Assembly (NCBI GenBank): GCA_963796685.1
Contig: CAWCMR010000021.1
Coordinates: 13,495-77,494 of the forward strand
DNA: 64,000 nucleotides
Origin: an uncultured delta proteobacterium
GTDB lineage: Bacteria; Myxococcota_A; Polyangia; Fen-1088
Reading direction: 5' to 3'
The translations under genes and the position numbers were made by a program. Position 1 is the stretch's first letter, and each line of letters opens with the position of its first letter. A model generated the notes under the pieces. The model was given only the letters and a program-made list of their open reading frames with translations. It made no database searches and was not told the DNA's origin. Shown here piece by piece: positions 23,540-36,436 of this stretch.

Positions 23540-24094
23540 TCAGCGATGGGGCATTCCTTGGCCGAGGGCACGCGCACGACGGCGAGCAAGCCCGACCCGC
23601 AGCAAGGCGGGATCGAGCCGTCCATCGAGCCTGGCCAAGAGCCACAACACCGGAGGGCCGGCCACGGCAGTCAGCAAGGCTTCGAGCGGCGCTTGGGAGA
23701 GACCGCCGTAGCCGCTCTCGGGACTGATCTGGGCGCGTACGACGACGATGAGAACGGCCGCGATGATGCTGGCCACGAACGACGTGGCGGCCTTGAGCAC
23801 GATCCCGCGCACGGCCAGGCGCCAGGCCAGCACGCGCGCGATGAGGGCCAAGGTCACGAACACGAACGCGTGTACGCCGCGGGGCGCGCCCGAGACGAGA
23901 TCGAAGAGGTAACCCATGCAGAACCCGACGACGACGGCCGAACCGGGCGACCACTTGAGTGGCGCCATGCCGACGTAGAGCACGACCAGGAGCCCGAGGC
24001 TTGGCGTCACCAGGTGCATGGGCGCGAATTCCATGACAGTGGACTGCAAGAGTAGAAGCAGGAGCCCGACGGCCAGCGTCGCCACGGAGCGCAT
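23540..24094 (-). CDS. mreD: MreD-like membrane protein
   Basis: Hydrophobic ORF with GYLFDLVSG between mreC and mrdA. Confidence 0.8.
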   Translation of the reverse strand: MRSVATLAVGLLLLLLQSTVMEFAPMHLVTPSLGLLVVLYVGMAPLKWSPGSAVVVGFCMGYLFDLVSGAPRGVHAFVFVTLALIARVLAWRLAVRGIVLKAATSFVASIIAAVLIVVVRAQISPESGYGGLSQAPLEALLTAVAGPPVLWLLARLDGRLDPALLRVGLARRRARALGQGMPHR

Positions 24095-24996
24095 CAGCGG
24101 TACACCGCGAGCCCGTGCGCGGGCGCCAGGGGTTTCTTGGAACCGGCTTCCGGATCGGCGGACGGCGCGGGCGCCACCACCACCAGGACCTCGGACAAGC
24201 GGGCGAAGTCCACGTCGGGCGTGATTTCGATGTCCTGGGTGAGGCCCGCGGCATTTCTCACGATCTTGCTGACCTTGCCGACGGGCAAATCGCGCGGAAA
24301 GCCGCCCAGCCCGCTGGTGACGGCAACGTCGCCTTCCTTGGCCTGCTCGCCTTGCATCAGGTATTCGATGGCGCAACGGTAGCCGTTTTCGCCAGGCTTG
24401 CCCTTGAGAATGCCGCGGCCTCCGGTGCGCGGCAGCACCACGTCGATGGCCGAGCGCGGATCCACGGACAGCATGATGTCCGAGGTTTCGCCGGACGTCC
24501 GGTTGATCCGCCCGACCACGCCCTCGGGCGTAATCACGGGCATCCCGCGCTGAACCAAGCCCTCGCCGCGATCGAGCTGAATGCGAGCCACGCGGAAATA
24601 CGGCGAGACGTCGATGGCAATCACGCGCGCCACCAGGGTCTCGGCGGCGACCGCATTGCGCAGGCCGAGGAGGTGCTGAAAGCGCACGCTCTCGGCCGCG
24701 CCGCGCTTGGCTTCCAGCAGCTCGGCACGCAGGTGCGCGTTGTCGTTGCGCAGCTTTTCGTTCTCCGCGCGGACGTGCACCAAATCCACGTAGCGGCCCG
24801 CCGCGTGTCCAATGCTGCGTGCGAGGGTGGCGAAGGTCGATTGCACGGGAGAAACCAGGGTCAGGATGCCGCGATCGAGCGGCGACAGGTATTCCGGCGA
24901 GTGCACGCTCTCCCGAAGCAGGAAGAGCGACAACACGAAGGCGGCCGTGACAATCACGACCTCGCGGACTTTTTGCCTGTGGCCGGTGGAAAACAT
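24094..24996 (-). CDS. mreC: Rod shape-determining protein MreC
   Basis: Coiled coil ENEKLR, GVVGRI, VTSGLGG.FP..LPVG. Confidence 0.93.
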   Translation of the reverse strand: MFSTGHRQKVREVVIVTAAFVLSLFLLRESVHSPEYLSPLDRGILTLVSPVQSTFATLARSIGHAAGRYVDLVHVRAENEKLRNDNAHLRAELLEAKRGAAESVRFQHLLGLRNAVAAETLVARVIAIDVSPYFRVARIQLDRGEGLVQRGMPVITPEGVVGRINRTSGETSDIMLSVDPRSAIDVVLPRTGGRGILKGKPGENGYRCAIEYLMQGEQAKEGDVAVTSGLGGFPRDLPVGKVSKIVRNAAGLTQDIEITPDVDFARLSEVLVVVAPAPSADPEAGSKKPLAPAHGLAVYR

Positions 24997-25052
24997 CCTT
25001 CGTGAATGGCGAATCTACGGCCCGCAAAGCGGGCGATCCACTGGAAACGCCG

Positions 25053-26141
<1,089 letters not shown>

Positions 26142-26220
26142 CTATTAGCACACCCTGGTCAGAATCGCTACGCTCCTGTCTCGGACATGCGAGAGTCGCC
26201 GGTACGCCCCGCGGCCAAGA

Positions 26221-27889
26221 CTATGGTCCACCGTGCGAAGAGGGCTGCGGCCGGGGCCGCTCCAGAGCGCGGGCCCTGGTCGCGGCGATGACCAGCATCT
26301 GCGCCACGCTGACGGCGATGAGGCAACTCGAGAAGTAGTAGGTGGGGAAGGTCTGGTGCCAACCCCGCAAGGGGATCCAGGCATCGCGCAGGGGCTGCCA
26401 GCCCGTGAAAAGAAGGTAGCCGAAAAGCCCGGTCAGAAACATGAAGGCCGCGCCGAGCGCGCGCTGGGGCTTGCCGAGATCGGAGGCGAAGAACAGCAGG
26501 GGCACGCACAGGATCAAGTAGTAGTAGTAGGCCGCGCGGGTGAGCAGGAACACGAACACGAAGCCGAAGGCCACCACCTCGTGGTGTTCGAGCGCGCGAA
26601 GAAAGGCCAGGGCGGGCACGACAAGCAGGGCGAGCACGACGAGCTCCACCCCCTTGGTCAGCAAACCCACCGATTGTCCGGCGGCGAGCGCGGCGCCGGT
26701 CGCACGGACCGGGACGCCGTGAAGAAAGCGCGCCTCCGCGATGGTTCGGTAACCGAGATCCCAGTCGCTGCCGCCAGCGTAGTGCAGGGCGATCTTCGAG
26801 CTCCATTCGTGCCAGATGGCGGTGCCGCCGAAGTAGGCGCACGAGGCCAGCACGACCACCGCCATGGTGACGGCACTCGCGACCAGCATGCTCAAGAGCC
26901 GGCGGTCGAGGTGACGGTCGCGAACCAGCTCAACCAGGAGCAGAGCCGCGGGCCCAAGCAAGAGAAGCCCCGGAAACACACGTGAAAGAGTCGCCCAGCC
27001 GAGCAGCGCGCCGGCGATTTTGTAGCGGCCCTTCTTGACCATGCACACGGCAAGGACCGAGCACATGGCGAAGTCGGTGCGCAGGAGCGCGCCTTTCAAG
27101 TGCCCCCACGACAGCAGGTAGTGCGTTCCGACGAACACGACCATCAACAGCGCGGCACGCACCCCGAAGGCCCACCCCACCGCCACCACCGTCCCCAAGA
27201 GCAGCAGCGGATCGAGCAAGAGCATCAGCCAGCGTCCGACCGGCTCGCGCACGGGGAGGTGCCGCGTAAGAAGCCCGCCCACCACGAACGACCACGCGGG
27301 CGTGCCGTTGTAGCCGTGGTCCATGAGGATCAGGCTCCAGCGTTTTTCGGGCAGGCTGCATCTTGAACCAGGCAATGTCCGCCACGAGCTCGCGCCAGCG
27401 TGCCTCGCTGAAGCGCTGCCGGTAGCGATTGGCCTCGGCCGCGACGGAAGCCACGTCGCGAACCTGTGCCGTCCCGAGGTCGCGAATCTCGCCGCGCGGA
27501 TTGTGGTAGCGCAGCCCCGTTTCGGCGTCGGCCACGAGGGTCGCGCCGTAGAGGTCGGTGTAGCCCAGCTCGGGGGCGTACTTGGTGCCGACGTAGTAGT
27601 GGTAGAAGTCCCATTCGTTCAGGTAGGTGCCGTAACGAAAAACGCCGAAGTCGACGTAGGTCGCCACGGCGAGGACCGCCGCAGCGGCCAGCACGCCGAT
27701 CAGGATGAAGCGACCGAGCCGCTGCGCGTTTGCCGACAGGCGTCGCACGGCCGCGGGACTTTCGAGCGCGGCGACGGCGAGGACAGCCAGGATCGCAAGG
27801 ACCGCCAGCACGCGCGTCGTGCCCCAGCCGTGGGTGGGAGCCCAAGAGCCGGGAAGCTCCGTCGGCCTCCAAGAGGCAAAGGGGTTCAA
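26221..27889 (-). CDS. Polytopic membrane protein, possibly GT-C glycosyltransferase-like (apparent +1 frameshift at ~27354)
   Basis: Two overlapping ORFs join as ...WFKMQLPEKRWSLILMDHGYNGTP after deleting one G; many TM segments; DFYHYYVGTKY motif. Confidence 0.6.
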
Positions 27890-28235
27890 TCGATCACTCC
27901 GCTGCTCGTCCTACGCACGGACCTTGTGCCAAGCATCGCTCATCCGACGCGCACAAGGCCAGCGTTTTCGCCGGGCAGCGCCGGCGCGAGCGCAAAAAAC
28001 GGACCTTCCGCCTCGGCCGTTCGGATGAGTCCTGACCCCTACCATGGTAGGGGGGAGCCACATGAATTGGCCGCATCGGGCTTCCCGACTTTAGCGGGCG
28101 TGCTCATTCCATCGGCCAGAGGCGGCTCCCAGTTCAATGCTTGTAGGGAAAAGAAACTTCGTCCGGGTCTCGAACCGCGCAGAAGATCCAAGGAAAAGCA
28201 TGAACCCGGGAGCCAAGGCGGTCAAGGCCATGATG

Positions 28236-28311
28236 CGCGTGCGGAGCCTGCCGGGCTTGGCCGGCAGCGAGGCATCGCGGGAGGGTTTGGGAACCCTCCC
28301 AGGGTTCCCAT
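28236..28311 (-). repeat. Short copy of a dispersed hairpin repeat (ATGGGAACCCTG...CACGCG)
   Basis: Reverse complement starts ATGGGAACCCTGGGAGGGTTCCCAAACCCTCCCGCG, identical to the start of the 372-bp array unit. Confidence 0.8.
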
Positions 28312-28408
28312 TACAGTCAATCTAGCCCGCCGCTCTCCCCGCAAAAGCCACTCGGACTGCTCGCGAAAGCTCGCAGGAGACGAAAGCTTGGTAAATAATG
28401 CGGGCTAA

Positions 28409-29518
28409 ATGCAAACCGGCATGCAAGCGAGCAGTCGCCTGGAAATCCGTCTGGCCGAGTTGGTTGCATTCGATACGCGCAATCCCGGCGGCGACGAGCG
28501 CGCCATGGCCGAGTACCTCGCCCGCCGCTTGACCGCGCTCGGCGCGCGTACCACCGAGGTCTTCTCCAGCACCGGCCACTACTCGACTTTCGCGTGCTTC
28601 GGCGAGCGGGCACCGTCGCTCGTCCTCAACGCGCACCTCGACACCGTGCCGGCCAACGCCGGCTACAGCGCCAATCCGCTCGCGCTCGTCCGGCGCGGCG
28701 GCAGGCTGCACGGCCTGGGCAGCGCGGATACCAAGGGCGCCATCGCGGCCATCCTCGAGGCCCTCGACCAAACCAAAGCATCGGGAGCGACGCCGAATGG
28801 ATTGGCCGTCTTGTTCTCCGGCGACGAGGAGCTTGGCGGGGGCTCCATCCGCGACTTCCTGGCCAGCGAGCGCAGCCGCGGTCTCGACCGCGCCATCGTG
28901 TGCGAGCCCACCGGCTGCCGCGTGGGGATCAGACATCGCGGGGTGTATGCGGCACGCATCGCAGCCACCTCGCCGGGTGGGCACTCCTCGCTGTCCGACA
29001 GCGTCCCAAATCCCCTCACCGCTCTCGCCCGCGCCGCCATCGCTCTCGACAATCTGGGGGTGCGCCACCGCGAGCTCGGCCCCGAGGGCTTGCGCGGAGT
29101 GTGCATGAACATCGCCGCGCTCGACGGAGGCATGGCCTTCAACATCATTCCCGCGCGCACCACCCTGACCTTCTCCATGCGGCCGCCTCCCGGCGTCGAG
29201 CTCGACGGCATCCTCGACGAGGCACGGGACGCGGTCCGCATCGCCGCGGCGCCGCTCGCCACCGCATGGGCGTTGGTGGCGAGCAATCCCGCGTTCGAGA
29301 CGCGCGACGTAGCGGGGTTCGCGCCGCTCTTGGGCGACCGAACGCTCAGCCCGGTGGCGCTGCCCTTCGGCACCGAGGCCGGTCAATTCGTGGAACAGGG
29401 CATCGACGCCGTCGTGCTGGGGCCGGGGCGTGTCGAGCAGGCCCACAAGGCGGACGAGTACGTCGATCTCGACGAACTGGAGGAAGCTGTGCGAATCTTT
29501 CTTCAGGTCATTCGCTGA
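28409..29518 (+). CDS. argE: M20 family acetylornithine deacetylase
   Basis: AHLDTVP, GLGSADTKG, GDEE, CEPT, AHKADE motifs; coupled to an arg-type gene. Confidence 0.85.
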   Translation: MQTGMQASSRLEIRLAELVAFDTRNPGGDERAMAEYLARRLTALGARTTEVFSSTGHYSTFACFGERAPSLVLNAHLDTVPANAGYSANPLALVRRGGRLHGLGSADTKGAIAAILEALDQTKASGATPNGLAVLFSGDEELGGGSIRDFLASERSRGLDRAIVCEPTGCRVGIRHRGVYAARIAATSPGGHSSLSDSVPNPLTALARAAIALDNLGVRHRELGPEGLRGVCMNIAALDGGMAFNIIPARTTLTFSMRPPPGVELDGILDEARDAVRIAAAPLATAWALVASNPAFETRDVAGFAPLLGDRTLSPVALPFGTEAGQFVEQGIDAVVLGPGRVEQAHKADEYVDLDELEEAVRIFLQVIR

Positions 29519-30687
29519 TGGACCCCGACATCCTTCACCGCTTCCTCGAAAGCGTCGGCCAGAAGGCCGACGTCGATCTCTACCTCAAGCTCTTCCGCTC
29601 GCAACGCAAGGAAAGCTTCGCCATCATCGCCGCGGACGCGCAGATCGTTCGCGCCGCGCTGGACCCTTTCCACTTCGATCTGCGCATCCTGGCCGGTCTC
29701 GGGCTGTACCCTGTGGTCCTGGTCGGATTGCTCGACGCGCGCGACGCCGACAAGCAATCGCAGCGCATTCTCGAATGGCTGCTCGAAGATGAGGTCCCGG
29801 CCAGGGTCATCGGCTCGGGAACGGATCTGGCGCAGGAGATCCAGGCCAGCGTACGGCGGACCCTGGAAGAAAACACCATCCCCATCGTGTCGCTCGACGC
29901 CGCCAAGGAGCTGGCCATCGACGACCGCTTTCGCTTGCTGCGCACCCTGGCCGCCGGCCTCGAAACGCGCAAGATCATCTTCCTTTCCACCAGCTCGGGC
30001 ATCGAACGCGAAGGAGCGCCGCGCATCTCCCTGGTCAACCTGTCGGCCGACTACGAGCGCCTGCTCACCACCGGCGATCTTCCGCGCCGCCACGAATCGC
30101 TCCTTCGCCACGTCAAGACGCTGCTCGATCAGCTCCCGCAGCGCATGAGCGTCGCCGTGGCCAATCCCCTGCACCTGCTGCGCGAGCTGTTCACGGTCAG
30201 CGGCGCCGGCACCATGATTCGCAAGGGCTCGCGCATCGAGAAACACAGCGGTCTCGCGGCCGTGGATCGCGGCCGGTTGACCGAGCTGCTCGAGTCCGCG
30301 TTCGGCCGCGCGCTCGTTCCCGGTGCCATGGAGGACGGCGGGCTGCTGGTCGCGCAGTCCGAGCACGTGTACCTGGAAGAAAACTACCTCGGCGCCGCGC
30401 TCCTCGGCAACACGGACGTCGCGCCCTATCTCAGCAAGTTTGCGGTCATGCGGCAGGCCCAAGGCGAGGGCATCGGGGGCGAGCTCTGGTCCATGCTCAC
30501 GCGCGACTTTCCGGTGTTCTTCTGGCGTGCCATCCCGACCAACCCCATCGTTCCCTTCTACGCCAAGCAGTGCGACGGGCTGGTGCGTTTCCCCGACTGG
30601 CACGTCTACTGGCGCGGGCTTGCGCCGGACCAGATCCGGCCCGCCATCGAGTACGCCCTGGCTCTGCCACGCGCCTTCGTCACGTAG
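29518..30687 (+). CDS. N-acetylglutamate synthase/kinase-like protein (AAK-like + DUF619 NAT domain)
   Basis: LLRELFTVSGAGTMI, YLSKFAV..AQGEGIG, FFWRA motifs. Confidence 0.8.
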   Translation: MDPDILHRFLESVGQKADVDLYLKLFRSQRKESFAIIAADAQIVRAALDPFHFDLRILAGLGLYPVVLVGLLDARDADKQSQRILEWLLEDEVPARVIGSGTDLAQEIQASVRRTLEENTIPIVSLDAAKELAIDDRFRLLRTLAAGLETRKIIFLSTSSGIEREGAPRISLVNLSADYERLLTTGDLPRRHESLLRHVKTLLDQLPQRMSVAVANPLHLLRELFTVSGAGTMIRKGSRIEKHSGLAAVDRGRLTELLESAFGRALVPGAMEDGGLLVAQSEHVYLEENYLGAALLGNTDVAPYLSKFAVMRQAQGEGIGGELWSMLTRDFPVFFWRAIPTNPIVPFYAKQCDGLVRFPDWHVYWRGLAPDQIRPAIEYALALPRAFVT

Positions 30688-33600
30688 GGCGCGATCGCCG
30701 TCTGCGTGTCAGCCAAAGCCCGGCCGCGACCGCGAGGAAACCAAGCCACCCCGGCCCACCTCTCGGCGCCGCGCTGGCCAGCGTACAACTGCACGCGAAG
30801 GCGCCGCTGCCCTTGCTCTGCGTCTGCGCCGCGACCCCGGAGACGGCTGCGATCGCGCAATCGGCCGAGCCGTCGTCGCCCACCACGCAGACCTGACCTT
30901 GACGACAATGGACCAGCTCGCAAGGATCGTCCGTGCACAACCCGGTCGTGTTCAAGCAAACCCTGCCGGCCGAACACGAAACGGCGGAGCAAGGCGAAGG
31001 ACGGCAGTTGCCGGTCGTAACATCGCAGAACGAGTCGCTATCGCAGGTCTGCGAGCACGGCGCCTTGATGCAGGTGCCGTGCGAGCACGCCTGTCCCGTG
31101 CCACACGACACGCCGGCGCAACTCGGCTCGCAAGCACCCGCGCTGCACAGCTGACCGGCCGCGCAGGTTTTGCCGGCGCACGGATCCACCACGCACTGGC
31201 GGCCGATACACGATAGCCCGGGCGCGCAGCCCCTGGAGTAACAGTCGACGCAGACGCCGTTCACGCAACTGGCACCGGACAGGCAGTTGACGCCCGCACA
31301 CGGATCCACGCAGGTGCCGTCGTTGCGGCAAATCATGCCAATCGCACAGGGCTTCTGCGCGCAGGCCTTGACGATGCACGCCCCGTTCTTGCAGATGCGA
31401 TCGACCGGGCACGGATACTGCTCGCCGCCCTCGACGCAAGTCGGAACGCACTGGCCGCCCACGCAGGTGTAACCGGCGGCACAGCTGGCGTTGTTGTCGA
31501 TCTGCCCGTCGCAGTCGTTGTCCTTGCCATCGCAGATCTCGGGCGCCGGCCCGACCCCTCCGCGACACTTCCAGCCCCCGCTGCCGCTGCACACGAAGGT
31601 CCCAGGCCGGCACTCGCCGGCCATGGATTGCCCGGGCATCATGCCCTCGGGATTGCAGCTCGTCGCCGGGCAAAACCACCCCGTCGTCGATGCTGCCATT
31701 GCAATCGTTGTCCTTGCCGTCGCAGATCTCGGGGGTTGGCCCGACCGAGTTGCACACAATCTTGCCGCCCGTGCAAACGGACGTGCCCGTCTTGCATTCG
31801 CCGACGTTGCTGCCGCACACCACACCGACGCCGGGCATGGCGGGCTCGCCCGGCCCCGGTGGCTCGTCCACCAGCCCGTCGCAGTCGTTGTCGCGGCCGT
31901 CGCACACCTCGGGCGAGGGACCGGTGGCGGTCACGGTGCATTCGACATCGGTTCCCGCCGCGTTGCACACGAGCTGGCCCGCACCCTGGCAAGACTGCTC
32001 GTTGCAGGGCTGGCCCAGGGTCGGAAAGTCCTCGTCGATTTGGCCGTCGCAATCGTCGTCCTTGCCGTTGCACGATTCGGCGACGGGAACGCGCGATCCG
32101 GCGCAGGTCAGGCCCATCTTGTTCCCGGCACAGGCGTAGTGCCCGAAGGCGCACTGCCCGACGCACTTGCCGCTGGCCACGTCGCAACCGACGGTGCCGG
32201 CGGGATAGCAGATGTCCGTGGCAAGCGGATTGTTCTCGTCGACGCGGCCATCGCAGTTGTTGTCGAGCCCGTCGCACGCGATCTCGGACGTCGGCGTGAC
32301 CGCGCCGACACAGGGTTGCCACGCGCCGGCGGAACAAACCTGCATGCCCGTCGCACAGGCCCCGACACAAGACCAAGCCTTGCCGGCGTCATCGTAGGTG
32401 CAGCCGGTGGCACCCGCCGGATAGCAGGAACGTGCGAACTGGTCGACGACGCCGTCGCAGTCGTTGTCGATCCCGTCGCAAACCTCGGCCGTCGGTCCGA
32501 CCGCGCCTTGGCAAGTCACCTGCTGGCCCCCTGCCCCGTCGGAGACGCACGCCGTGATGCCCGGCTTGCACGCCCCGAGATTGAGCCCGCAAGGAACGGG
32601 GGCGATATCGTCCACGATGCCATTGCAGTTGTCGTCGAGGCCGTTGCACACCTCCGGCTTGGAGCTGCAGGCACACGACAAGCCCTCGTCGATGTTGCCG
32701 TCGCAGTTCTCGTCGGCGCAGTCGGCGGCGGTCGGGGCCTGACAGCCGGCCAGGGTTCCGCATTGTTCGGGCACGGGCGTTCCCGCCACCAAGGGCGTGG
32801 CGCCGCAGGTGGCTGCGGTCGCGCACATGACGCCGTCGCCGGCGGGGTTGCAAGCGTACACACCCTGCCGCGTGCAACGGCCGACGCCCACCTGGCAGGG
32901 CTGCCCCTTGAGCGGAAATGCGGCGGCCTCGTCGTAGCAGGTGGCGTCGCAGTTGCACTTGGGCTTGGGAATGGCGTTGAGCAGGATGTCGCCGAGGTTG
33001 GCGGTCAAATCCGCTCGATTCGACGGGAAGTAAGCCGACCGGGTCTGCCCCGACCCGGCCATCGCCATGCCGTTCAAGGTTGTGGAGAAGCCGGTGCCGA
33101 AGCCGACCACGTACACGCCGATACCCGCGGAATAGGCGGCGCCCGCGGCGGTCACCGGATCGCCGGTGGAGTTGGGGCTGCACGTGTCTTCACCGTCGGT
33201 GATCAGGATGATGCTGTAGGGCCGGCAGGCTGCGCGAGGGTCGCGGGCGCCAGCCGAGCTCGAAAGCAGCCCTGCGCCCGCGCCGATGTTGGTGGTGCTG
33301 GCGTCGGTCAGCCAGGCGCGCACGGAATCGAGGGCCGATGCCAGCGGTGTCATGGTGACCGCGCGGAGCTCGCGATTCGACGTGGGCGAGAACGGCGGCA
33401 GGTCTTCCTTGCCGTCGATCCAATGATAGATATCGAGAAGGTTCGAGGTGCCCGCCGTGGGAAAACCGACGATGACCTGACCACCGATGCAGCCCTGGGC
33501 GAAGCTGCACTTGGCGTACAGACAATCGAACGCGCCCCAATCGAACACCAGGTCGTTGGCGTCCGACGCGTTCGCACAACCTACGCAGCCAGCGCCCGAA

Positions 33601-34103
33601 GCACACTCCAGGTAGCTATCGCCGCCATGGTATGCGCAATACTTCTGCGTCGAGGTGTCTCCCGGGACGTCGACGCAGACCGCGCCTGCCACCTGGGAAG
33701 TACAATCGCTGTTCGTGCTGCACGCCTGACCAAGCTGCGTTCGGCTATAGGTGGCCAGGGCGAATTCCGCAGCTCCGAACGCCGAGATGGTGTCGATGAC
33801 GGCGGCCTTGGCCAGGTAGAGCTTGCTGTCGTCGTAGGGCCAGCCCGCGGTCGACTTGCCGTCGAGGTTGCAGCCAGGTTGGGACTCGGAACCGTCACCA
33901 TGGGTCTGCGTGCCCGCCAGGTTCTGCGTCATCGAGGTCGAGTTGTCGAGCAGGATGACGAAGCGAGGTTTGTCCGTTTGTGCCCACCCTCGCCCGGCCG
34001 CAAAAAGCGTCGCAAGCGCCACGAGTGCCGCACTCTTCCCAGGTCTACATGCCACTGTTGGATATCTCCGTCGGCGACCGGCCGCAGGACATTTTACTCC
34101 CAT
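30680..34103 (-). CDS. Large secreted VWA + Cys-rich (MopE-like/CDGxDNDCDG) protein with a MYXO-CTERM-like tail (apparent +1 frameshift at ~31661)
   Basis: DNSTS MIDAS motif, ILITDGED, many ExCDGxDNxCxG repeats, C-terminal CSC + TM + RRRR. Confidence 0.85.
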
Positions 34104-34201
34104 CCACCGATCTCCGCGAGATTCGGCGCGACACCGCAATCCCGCGATAGCCGCAGAAGGTCGTGGCCGTGGGCGTGGCCGTGGCCGTGGCCGGTTGTAC
34201 T

Positions 34202-35373
34202 ATTGAGCAGCGTCGACAGCGAATCATCCCGACCAAGTATTTCCACGTCGTCTTCACGCTGCCGCAGGAGTTGCGCTCTGTGGCGCGCAAGAACCCCAAG
34301 AAGATGTACGACCTTTTGCTCGCCTCCGCCGCGCGCACCTTGCTCGATTTCGGCCGCAGCCGCCTGCACGCCGAGGTGGGTGTCACCTGCGTCCTGCATA
34401 CCTGGACCCGCGAGTTGCGCTTCCATCCTCACGCGCATTGCATCGTGACTGCCGGTGGGCTCGACGACGACGGCCATTGGATCCCGACCCGCAGCCGCTT
34501 CCTCTTCCCGGTCAAGGCCATGTCCAAGGTGTTTCGCGGCAAGCTCCTCGAAGGCCTCGCCGAGCTCTACAAGAAGCAGAAACTCACGCTGGAAGGCAAT
34601 TGTGCCGACCTTGCCCACCCTGCGACCTTCGCCGAGCTCTTGACCCGCCTGTGCCGGAAGGACTGGGTCGTCTACGCCAAGCAGCCCTTCGGCGGGCCCG
34701 CGCAAGTCTTCGCCTATCTCGGTCGCTACACCCACCGCGTGGGTCTCTCGAATCAGCGCCTCGTCAGCTTCGATGGACATGAGGTCTGCTTCCGCACCAA
34801 GCATGGCAAGACCACGACCATCGACGCCGTCGAGTTCGTGCGCAGGTTCCTTCTGCACGTCCTGCCCACCGCTTTCGTCAAGATCCGTCACTATGGCCTC
34901 CTTGCCGCGGCCAACGTCGCGACCAAGCTCGAAGTGGCTCGCCGTTGTCTTCAGGCTCCCGGCAATGTCGACGCTCCCAAAGCCATCCCCGACCAACCTC
35001 AACCGTCCTGGCGTGACCTGCTCCTCGCCCTCACCGGCCTCGATCTCCTGGTCTGTCCAGTCTGTGGCGCCCGAGCCATGGAGAGTCGCCCGCTGCCGCC
35101 CGTCCCCTTCAGCCTTGGCAGGCTCGATACCTCATGACCATCGCCGTAGACGCTCGTCGCGCCCAAAGCGGCCTCGCCGCAGGGCCACGTCTGCCCTTCG
35201 CCCGTGGCCGCACCCATCTTCACCTCCTGGCCCTCTATTCCGCAGCCCTCCGCAGGCTCCACCCACAGCCTTCTCTCCTGCTTTCTCTCCCCTGCCCGCA
35301 CCTCATCCGCCCCCTGATCGACCATTCGGGAGATCACTTTCTGCATAGCCTCGAACCCGCGGCTTAGTCCAAC
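34202..35373 (+). mobile_element. 5'-truncated IS91-family element (Y2 HUH transposase remnant ending 35137, plus probable ori end)
   Basis: YFHVVFTLP, HPHAHC (HUH), YLGRY (Y2), RFLLHVLP, IRHYG motifs; the N-terminal Zn-binding domain is absent; ends GCGGCTTAGTCCAAC. Confidence 0.85.
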
Positions 35374-35484
35374 TTGGGTTTGCTGGAAGGGTCCTCGGCC
35401 TGTGCAGCTCGCGCGCCAAGCCCTCGATGGACGGCCAAGCTATCTCGTGCGATCCTGCGTTCCAGCAAACCCTATTAGTTGGGC
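35367..35484 (+). other. Atypical attC-like recombination site
   Basis: GTCCAAC ... 13-bp inverted repeat GGGTTTGCTGGAA / TTCCAGCAAACCC ... GTTGGGC. Confidence 0.6.
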
Positions 35485-35506
35485 TGACTCTGAGGAGAAC
35501 CTTCCT

Positions 35507-35971
35507 ATGTCGAACATCATAACGGCTACCATCTCGGCGTCGCTTGCCCCAGTGACTGTCGCGCCTGTCTCGACGGGGGATGCTCACCTCGTCACCGCGC
35601 AACAGCTCATGAACGGGGCAAGAGTGCTGGCTGGGGCTCCCCACTGCGAGTTGACGCTTGCGTTCGTGTGTGCCCACGTGACGGAGTGCCTGCTCAAGGC
35701 GTTCCTATTCTGGAAAGGTGTTGCGGACAAAGATCTCCAAGATCATAACCTTCGGCATGATCTATGCGGACTCCGTGCGTTGGCTGTGACCAAAGGACTT
35801 GCCGTGGATCCGACACCACCCGTTTGGCTGTCGGTGCTCAGTGCTCTCCACAATCGTCCCTTCCATCTCCGCTATCCGGTTGGTCTCCACGCTCATCAAC
35901 TGCCCGGTCCTCAACCAATGCTGAGTGAGTTGGAACTTCTTGAACAGTTGGCAGCGTCTTCTAAATCATGA
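35507..35971 (+). CDS. Integron cassette gene, HEPN-like domain protein
   Basis: AHVTECLLKAFL ... HDL ... LRYP pattern; GAGGAG RBS just after the cassette boundary. Confidence 0.65.
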   Translation: MSNIITATISASLAPVTVAPVSTGDAHLVTAQQLMNGARVLAGAPHCELTLAFVCAHVTECLLKAFLFWKGVADKDLQDHNLRHDLCGLRALAVTKGLAVDPTPPVWLSVLSALHNRPFHLRYPVGLHAHQLPGPQPMLSELELLEQLAASSKS

Positions 35972-36021
35972 ATCTCGCTGCCCCTCGCATGTCTCCTTAT
36001 GCCTCGCTCAATTCAGGAGCA

Positions 36022-36092
36022 GCCCAACAAGGCGTTGCACCCGACGATCGGCCGCGGACGGCCGCTCGCGGGTGAACGCCAAGGCGTTATGC
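36022..36092 (+). other. Integron attC site
   Basis: R'' GCCCAAC, L'' GTTGCACC, L' GGTGAAC, R' GTTATGC; R'' is complementary to the cassette start GTTGGGC. Confidence 0.9.
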
Positions 36093-36096
36093 CGAT

Positions 36097-36436
36097 TCAC
36101 TCCGCGATGATCTCGTTCAGCCCGTGGGTGACTCGGGTGAGCTTCCTCCCCAGAAACCCTGGCTAGCCGCTTTCCTATCCTTTCCACCGAGAGCGTTCGC
36201 ACCTGACTGATCTTGATCCACGAGCGTTTCTCGAGACCAGGCGCCTTGCATTCCAGGGTCAAGGGGAAGCCGGCACGTGGCTCCTGGCTGGTCATGGCCA
36301 TGGCGATCACGGTGCCCGATCGCTCGTTGAACACGTCGTGGCTGAGGATCAGGACCGGGCGAGTCCCTGCCTGCTCATGGCCACGGACGGGATTCAACTC
36401 CGCCCAGCGGACGTCGCCCCTCAGTATTCTGGCCAC
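36097..36436 (-). CDS. PemK/MazF-family toxin (apparent +1 frameshift at ~36143)
   Basis: RGDVRWAELNPVRGHEQAGTRPVLILS; deleting one base restores the EELTRVTHGLNEIIAE* ending. Confidence 0.9.

Noticed and set aside
27914-27932. sigma54 promoter upstream of the membrane protein (TTGGCAC...)
   Set aside because: The GC dinucleotide is two bases off the required -12 position
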